A stretch of DNA of 64,000 bases. Origin: Candidatus Amesbacteria bacterium RIFOXYB1_FULL_44_23 (GTDB lineage: Bacteria; Patescibacteriota; Microgenomatia; CAZETR01; Amesbacteraceae). Shown piece after piece: positions 61,739 to 64,000 of the stretch (the stretch's first letter is position 1; each line of letters opens with the position of its first letter). Location of the stretch: assembly GCA_001773775.1 (NCBI GenBank), contig MEXR01000032.1:7266-71265 (forward strand), in the 5' to 3' direction. The notes under the pieces were generated by a model, which saw only the letters and a list, made by a program, of their open reading frames with translations, ran no database searches and had not been told where the DNA came from. A program made the position numbers and the translations under genes.

Positions 61739-63163
61739 ATGGAAGGCCAAGAAGGGTGGGTGCAGAGAAATCCCAGAACCAGAGGAGAGTCCTCAGTCGA
61801 ATTCTGGAAACGGGAAATTAGGGGGGCAATTTTAGATCCCGATACCGAACCTGTCGGAATGCCGGAAGACATTAGGGATCAAACGGCTTTGGAACTGGCT
61901 GCTCAGCAGGGAAATCTAGAGCAACATTCAATGCGCGATTGGATGACCGGAGTTTTAAACAGAGAGGAAATTTTGGATAAGGCACACCGGCTGGTGGGGC
62001 TGGAGAGAGTTCACAAAGATCATAAAGTAGCATTGGCGATTCTGGATTTGGATGACTTTGGCAAGATTGCAAAGCGGGAAGCGACGGAAACGCTTTCCCG
62101 AGTTGATATTGAAAAACAGGCTGACGCTGTTTTAGTAAAAATGACCAGGTTAATAATGGAAAAGAAAAAAGAGGAGCAGACAAAGCCCGGGGGCGAAGTG
62201 TGGAAAAACTTTGATATCGGCCGGCTGGGGGGAGAGGAGTTTTTACTAGTGATTGACGAGAAGGATCCGCAAAAGATAGCCTTGGTGTTGGAGGAAGTGA
62301 GAAAGCTGGTGGAAGCGGAGTTGGCAACGCAGTCGGGAATTTTGGATGTGCGCCCGACACTGACTGCCAGCATGGGAGTAAATTTAGTAGAACCCGGAAG
62401 TGATGTTTCGCAGGGTTTGTTGAAAGCCGATGCGGCGTTGTATAAGGCTAAAGCCCAGGGCAAAAACCAGGTGATGTTTTTTGACGAGTCGATGACAACT
62501 TCAGAGCCAGAAAAACAGGATAATAGGTTGGAAAGGGAGCAGATAGAAAGGGATTCGGTTCTTAAAAGAAGGGAAGAGCTGAGGCTGCAATTTACTGAAG
62601 AATTAAAGGCGCTGACTGATAACCAGGCATATGAAGCCTGGGTGCAGAAAACGGCGGAGAAGTTTGACCTGCTGGAAGCCTCGTCAAGAATGGATAGCCT
62701 GACTAAAGTTGATCATCGGGGAGCAGCCGAGCTGGCACTAACCGATATGCTTGAGCATGCCCGGGAGAATAATGAAACATTACGGGTGGTGGCAGTGGAC
62801 ATTGCGAGATTTAAAAGTGTGAACGACAATTTAGGACACCCCGAAGGAGATGAGGCATTAAAAGCGGTGGCTGAAGTGATGACAGAGGCCAGTCAAACTA
62901 TCGGGGGAGGGGGAAATGAAGTGGCCAGATGGCGGCCGGGGGGGACGTTTATTCTGGCCAGCACACATCAGGAAGTTGACGCTCAAGATGAGCAGCTGGC
63001 CCTGGATCTCAAAGTAAAGCTGGACCAGGTATTAAGTAAATGGAAGGTTTCGGCAGATGTGGCAGTAGTCAAAGTTGATCCTAATAAGCTGACCGGGGTA
63101 AGAGAGCTGTCGCAGGCTTTAGATGTGGAACTGACCCGGGTAAAAAGCGAGAGAAAGGGATAG
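61739..63163 (+). CDS. Tandem GGDEF-domain protein
   Basis: Domain 1 DWMTGVLNR..DLDDF..RLGGEEF..ADAALYKAK; domain 2 DSLT..DIARFKSVNDNLGH..GDEAL..RWRPGGTF. Confidence 0.88.
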   Translation: MEGQEGWVQRNPRTRGESSVEFWKREIRGAILDPDTEPVGMPEDIRDQTALELAAQQGNLEQHSMRDWMTGVLNREEILDKAHRLVGLERVHKDHKVALAILDLDDFGKIAKREATETLSRVDIEKQADAVLVKMTRLIMEKKKEEQTKPGGEVWKNFDIGRLGGEEFLLVIDEKDPQKIALVLEEVRKLVEAELATQSGILDVRPTLTASMGVNLVEPGSDVSQGLLKADAALYKAKAQGKNQVMFFDESMTTSEPEKQDNRLEREQIERDSVLKRREELRLQFTEELKALTDNQAYEAWVQKTAEKFDLLEASSRMDSLTKVDHRGAAELALTDMLEHARENNETLRVVAVDIARFKSVNDNLGHPEGDEALKAVAEVMTEASQTIGGGGNEVARWRPGGTFILASTHQEVDAQDEQLALDLKVKLDQVLSKWKVSADVAVVKVDPNKLTGVRELSQALDVELTRVKSERKG

Positions 63164-63214
63164 AAATTTTTACCGATTGAAGAGGAGGGTTTTTTTGATA
63201 TAATAACTTCTGTT

Positions 63215-63275
63215 AATTCGCACTCCGATGAGGTTCTCCTTGTCAAAAGCCGTCGGAGGAGGATAAGGAGAACTT
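63215..63275 (+). promoter_or_regulatory. rpsB (S2) leader, probably autoregulatory
   Basis: CGCACTCCGA...TCGGAGGAGG stem after a TATAAT, upstream of rpsB. Confidence 0.55.
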
Positions 63276-64000
63276 ATGCAAGATATTTCTTTGAATGATC
63301 TACTAGAAGCGGGGTGTCACTTTGGACATCAGAAGCGACGTTGGAATCCGGCCATGACCAGGTTCATCTACGGGGAGAGAGACGGAGTGCATATTTTTGA
63401 TTTGGCCAAAACAAAATTAGGCTTAGAACAAGCCTGTGAGTTTGCCAAAAATACGGCTGCTTCGGGAGGAAAGATACTGTTTGTGGCCACCAAAAGACAG
63501 GCAGCTGATTTTGTAAAAAATGAAGCCATCAGAGTAGGAATGCCGTATATCACAGTGCGCTGGATGGGAGGGTTTTTAACCAACTACGGACATTTGTCAA
63601 AAAGCATGAAGAAGCTGGCTGATGACAAAACCAAAAGAGAAGCCGGGGATTTTAAGAAATACACCAAGAAAGAAAGACTACTTATTGACAGAGAAATTGC
63701 TAAGTTAGAGAAGTTTTTTTCGGGAGTAATGGATTTACCGGGAATGCCGGCAGCTTTGTTTGTGGTTGATACCCACAGAGAAGATGTGGCAGTTCGGGAG
63801 GGTTTTCGAATGGGAGTTCCGGTAATCGGAATTGTGGACACCAACTCGGATCCGACCATGGTCGAACACGTCATCCCAGCCAACGATGACGCCGTAAAAT
63901 CGATTGAATTGATTGTAAAAACTGTGGCTGATGCGATAGAAGAAGGCAAGAAACAAGGTGAAGCGGTCGAAGCCAAAGCAACGGAGAAGGTTAAATCTAA
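63276..64000 (+). CDS. rpsB: 30S ribosomal protein S2 (runs off the window)
   Basis: MQDISLNDLLEAGCHFGHQKRRWNPAM, LFVATKRQ, RWMGGFLTN, VDTNSDP, IPANDD. Confidence 0.97.
   Translation, partial: MQDISLNDLLEAGCHFGHQKRRWNPAMTRFIYGERDGVHIFDLAKTKLGLEQACEFAKNTAASGGKILFVATKRQAADFVKNEAIRVGMPYITVRWMGGFLTNYGHLSKSMKKLADDKTKREAGDFKKYTKKERLLIDREIAKLEKFFSGVMDLPGMPAALFVVDTHREDVAVREGFRMGVPVIGIVDTNSDPTMVEHVIPANDDAVKSIELIVKTVADAIEEGKKQGEAVEAKATEKVKS

Noticed and set aside
1-64000. Alternative genetic code (TGA read-through)
   Set aside because: Genes such as proS, rsgA and folD end at TGA at expected lengths, and none of the core genes is interrupted.

Overview
Bacterial chromosome segment read with the standard code (TGA is a stop). 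Gene content and style (archaeal-type ProRS, dockerin-like 'DYxxWLNHY' surface protein, many orphan ORFs, short or absent 5' leaders) suggest a Patescibacteria/CPR genome, probably Microgenomates; this is inference. The minus strand carries the skeleton of the classic tRNA-Thr/tRNA-Tyr/tRNA-Thr/rpmG/tRNA-Trp/secE/nusG/rplK cluster, with extra genes inserted after every tRNA. About 24 kb of accessory DNA separates tRNA-Trp from secE. Within it, 20.4-26.5 kb is an integron-like array: nine mostly single-gene units, each bounded by a degenerate ~35-nt direct repeat (10 copies) that resembles the 3' end of the tRNA-Trp gene. No recombinase is present in the window. The island also holds a T-box-controlled operon (DUF1893/TIGR00300 ornithine-cyclodeaminase-like fusion, proS, csaA). 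The right half is mostly core genes: 6S RNA, rpmB, def/fmt, galU, mreB-mrdA, topA, a dTTP/folate operon and rpsB. It also has a BpsA-like plus AdoMetDC pair, an atypical kinase next to a lipoprotein with structured flanks, and a tandem GGDEF protein with complementary degenerate sites. All calls are by-eye motif recognition; no searches were run.
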